Below, in pieces: positions 59,885-64,000 of a stretch of 64,000 bases of DNA. Position 1 is the first letter of the stretch. Each line of letters starts with the position of its first letter. Origin of the DNA: the human T2T-CHM13v2.0 reference genome, Homo sapiens. The stretch lies in assembly GCF_009914755.1 (NCBI RefSeq), contig NC_060926.1. One strand, written 5' to 3'. The notes below the pieces were generated by a model. It saw only the letters and a program-made list of their open reading frames with translations. It was not told the DNA's origin and did not search any database. Both the position numbers and the translations under genes were made by a program.

Positions 59885-60410
59885 AACTTGAACAAAATAT
59901 TTATAGAACATAATACTCACTAGATTCTGTGTTAAGTCCTTGGGATAATTTTATTTTTTAAACAGACACATCGCCTCTTTTATAGACAGTTTATTTGGGA
60001 ATAAACAACAACAACAGCAGATAAACAACTAACTAAATGACTCATAAATTACAATTTTGTTAAGTGCTCAGAAAAGTTACAGTAAAAGGATGCAATGTGA
60101 AATCAACACGACTGTGAGAAGAATGTGGCTAACAGAGAGAGAGAGAGTGTTCTAGGACAGACGCTCTACAGTTCTACAGTAGTCCCTCTGAACACAGGGA
60201 AATGTATGGTGTATTCAGTGATGAGGTGGGCAGCAGGGCTAAAGCACAAAGGCCAAGGGGAAGAATAGTGCAAAATAGGCTTAGGAGAAGGCAAAGATCA
60301 GGTCCTGCAATCCAGAGAAGGCTGCCCCCTAAAGTTGGAAAACATCATAAAAACAAGACTAAAAAGTCATAAAAATAATTGATCAGATTTGCATCTCTAA
60401 AAGATCACTT
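59885..60410 (-). mobile_element. L2 LINE 3' fragment
   Basis: aacaaaatatttatagaac...ctgtgttaagtccttgggata...tgatcagatttgcatctctaaaagatcact. Confidence 0.75.
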
Positions 60411-60467
60411 TTTTTCCTTTCTCCTTTTTGTATTAGAGTCAGTGAAGTGTAGATGAAAGTATCTTAA

Positions 60468-60540
60468 GTATCTCTGCACCTTGCACAGTGCCTGACACAT
60501 GGTAGGCACTCAAAATATATTTAATAAATGACTAAATGAT
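60468..60540 (+). mobile_element. L2 3' terminus
   Basis: gcacagtgcctgacacatggtaggcactcaaaatatatttaataaatgactaaatga. Confidence 0.85.
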
Positions 60541-63500
60541 CAAAGGAGAAAATATACTTCCCATTAAGACTATACAATTCTTGAGGCTAGGAATTTTTTT
60601 TTTTGTTTGCTTAACTTTTCTTCTCTTGATTTCCAACAATTTATAGGGGACGTACCAGGGACTTATTGTTTATTTCCTTGATTGTCTTGACTTTCATCCT
60701 CTTTCTATCTCTGAGCTGTTCCAAGTTCTCTCTAAACCATAAGGCCACAAAAGTAGCTCTCACTCTGTGCATTGCCTTCTATTACTGCTGGTACTAAAAC
60801 TTGGAGCTCAGTTTGTAAGAGGACATGTCAAGAAAAAGAGAAAATAATCCTTCACCCCAGCCATCACACATACTTACTCTTAGACTCCTACGCAAAGCGG
60901 AAAAGGGAAGAATAAGGATATGTTACTCTGCCTTTTGCCTGGTTTTGATGAGCTCTCCATGACTATTTACTACAATCATTGGAATCTGCACATTTGCTTA
61001 AATGTGTATTGTGATGGTATATGATGGATGGATACAAATTGGCAGTCTAGTCATTTGCTCTCCAATCGATATTGCCTTCCATTCAATTAGCATGTGTTCT
61101 ATGGTTTTAGGGAATATTCATTGGTTCACTCATTTTAAATTAAAACTTAAATGTTGCATTTTCATGCAGCATCATAATCACTTTATTAGTGGTTAATATA
61201 ATTTGTAAAATGTTGAGAGATTGTTCTTGCCAAAGGCCCTGGTGTGAGATTCATGTAATGAACCATTCTCATTCTTTAGACTTCAAGAACATGATGCCTT
61301 TGTTTCACAGAGGAAAATCTTCTTTAACCAAAGATAACAACTAACTGAATCTTTAAAACGTCATTTTTTTCTTCTACATTCAAGTTATTTCTGTACGTTA
61401 CTGAGGATATCATTTGGTTTATCTTTTTCTCCCTGTCCTCCTTTCCTGATGCTGCTGCTTCTACTTTAAAAAAACTTTGCTACTGTTGTCTTCTTTTCAC
61501 CTCAAGCGCCCTTTATTAAATAAAGGCCACCTATTATTTTCAAAGTGCCTCAGCTAAGGGTTTATTATGGTAGTACAATCATAATGTATAGAGGGAAAAA
61601 GAATGTTTTAAATGTTTGCCATCCTACCACAAAACTTAAAATGTGTGTTTTTCACTTTACTGAGATTACCTTGGGTTGCACAAAATCTTCCTGTATAGCA
61701 GCTGGTATTAATCTCTACTTGGTCAGTGGATGCCTTAGATTTGTGCCCTGTGCTATTCCTTTGATTGTGAACTGGTTTTCCCGTAATCTAGGGTGTGAAC
61801 CAATCAGTCTAAACCTCTCTAAACCTTGTAGTCATTCTTGTAACCACCAATGCTAATAGGGACAGTGGTTCTCATCTTAATTGTATTATAAATTCTCAGT
61901 GGTCTATTAAAGGGAAAGTCTTTATTATTTATACAGTTGTCTTAAGGAAATTTAGTGTGATCTATTCTCTACATTGGGAAAGAATGAGTGAAACTACATA
62001 GTTATACACCTGATGTCATTTTTCCCTACCAAGAATCAACTTTTTCTTAGGATAGAGACTGAATGAATTCTCTTCTCCTACCTGAAGCATCCTTTGCAGA
62101 GTTGGGGCTAGTGTTTTTCTGGTGGCTTCTATGAAACATTTTCACAGGCTCCTTTAGAATCCTGATATTTCTGCAAAAGGATCTACTACTCAAGTTAAAA
62201 CTGAACCTCAAGAAGGCCTTTCTGGGATGCCAGAAGTCAATGGACCACATATAGATGATAGTTTAGGCACCTCTATGGGATTCTCGTGGTAAAAGTCTCC
62301 TAGTCTTTCTGCTAAAATGAAACATAAAACAAAACAAGCAAGTTCAACTGACTGTATCTGCAATTGAAAACAAATATCCCTCTAGTTACAATGGCTTATT
62401 ATATTTATTTTGTTGGGCATTAAATTAATATCTGCACCATTGAATAAGAAGCCCCTTAAGAGAATCCCGCAGGAAAAAGTTACCTTAGAATTATGTTAAG
62501 GAATTTCAGCTCTTTTGTAGTTTAATGCTTGATAAAAATCAACCATACAAAATGCTAAACTAGAAAAAGGGAATGTCTATAATTGAAGTGAAATTGTACA
62601 TTTATATAAATATAATGAATTCACTAGATTTTCTGAACACTTTGTTTCCTGTTTTGAAAGGAGATTAAGAAACCAAAACATATGTGCTTATGTCTGTAAG
62701 TTTTGTTTCATTATTACACACATATTCATTTTCATTCAGATTTTTTTCTGCTAGTCTCACAAATTATACCTTTTAATTACAGATAGCATGACTAAACACA
62801 AAGGCAGCCCCCAGGATTACTTTGGAAAACCTGCTGATTAGACATACTAAATAAGACAATATAAGTATGTAGAAATATTTACAGTAAAACAGTTTTGTTC
62901 CAATTTATGGACTTCTTTACATCCACTCTGTCTCTTTCCACAAAGTAATAACAGAAGACATAAACCGGAGGGAAAAAAAGGAAAAAACAAACAAAGTAAG
63001 AGGAATATATCTTGGTTTCATTTGTGTCAAAACAGCAATAAAGCAGAAAAATATATTCAGCCGAGGTGCTATTTGGGTTTTATTTATAAAGGCTACAGTC
63101 TCTGCCCTAATGTTCATGAGCTTTGTCCTTGTTGCCTAGTTACAGATTTATAATTTTTGTCTCTCTGGTTATTGATGGCTCTAATGGAGAGAGCAGTGAC
63201 TGCGGGCCTAATGAAAACACTTTAAATCTCTATTCAGAAATGTTAACGTTTTGTGTGTGTCTGGTGTTGTTGATTACAGTGATCTGGGGAAGGGATGGTC
63301 TTAAGAGAAAATTAGTGAGAAGCAGGTAGTCTCAAAGCGGGTCTGAGACAGCCTATCTTGTTCTGTTGGCTAGGGCATTTTTAAAAATAAGTTATTGTAT
63401 GAAAAGAATTTGCTTTTGCCAAAGTTATTGAGTTGGTTAGTAATTCTACCTCAGATGTATCACAGATATTTGAGGTGCTGTGGTTATGTTATTAAAGGCG

Positions 63501-63810
63501 TCTTTATCAGACTCATGCCAGAATCACCTGCAGAACAAGCAAATTCAATGATAATCATTAGATTGGAGTGTGTGAAGTATTTAAAATCAAAAGTATGGCT
63601 CTATAGTTTAATACTGATGCTGACCAAAAAGATGGAGAAATTCTGTCTAAGAAGTCTAATGTCAGAGGTTTAAAGGTACTCTGGTCATGTGTTTTCAAAT
63701 TGTCAGTAGCATTCCACAGCTATATTAAAATTTCTGCCTCTTGATGAACTTCATTTCTGGGCAGGCAGAGTCAAAGGAATTAGATGAAAATTAAGAGGCA
63801 ATCTCTAGAT

Positions 63811-63999
63811 CAATGGCTCTCAAAAGTATAGTACCCAGACTAGCAGTATCAACATCACCAGAACTTGTTAGGAATGAAGGTTCGTTGTTCCCATCCTGGA
63901 CTTCCCAAGTCAAAAATTCTGAAAGGTGGGGCCCAGCAATCTATGTTTTAATAAGTAATCTAAGTGATATTGTTGCACTCTAAGCTTTGACAACCACTG
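63811..63999 (+). mobile_element. MER5A hAT-Charlie DNA transposon
   Basis: TIRs caatggctctcaaa...tttgacaaccactg; internal ggtggggcccagcaatctatgttttaa; left flank ctctagat fits the Charlie NTCTAGAN target. Confidence 0.9.
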
Positions 64000-64000
64000 C

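Overview
This is primate (almost certainly human) AT-rich, CpG-depleted, non-coding genomic DNA, either intergenic or deep intronic. It is dominated by nested retrotransposon and DNA-transposon fossils: several L1s (L1M/L1MA/L1MC/L1PB/L1PA15-16), six Alus, a full-length THE1C provirus, solo LTRs (THE1D, MER57, MER21, LTR16, MLT1), Tigger1, Tigger2a, MER5A, L2, MIR and microsatellites. I can support no intact protein-coding gene, RNA gene or CRISPR-like system. The ORF track consists of repeat-derived or chance ORFs, many opened at bacterial-style TTG/GTG starts. I found no evidence for a new multi-gene biological system. The unusual signals are mutational scars readable in the sequence: short templated insertions copied from 0.9-1.3 kb away, an inverted Tigger1 terminus beside palindromic duplications, two L1s keeping both ends but lacking large internal parts, a microsatellite born inside an Alu target-site duplication (TSD), and one candidate exon. 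Family and subfamily names come from recalled consensus sequences, not a RepeatMasker run, and boundaries of old elements are approximate.
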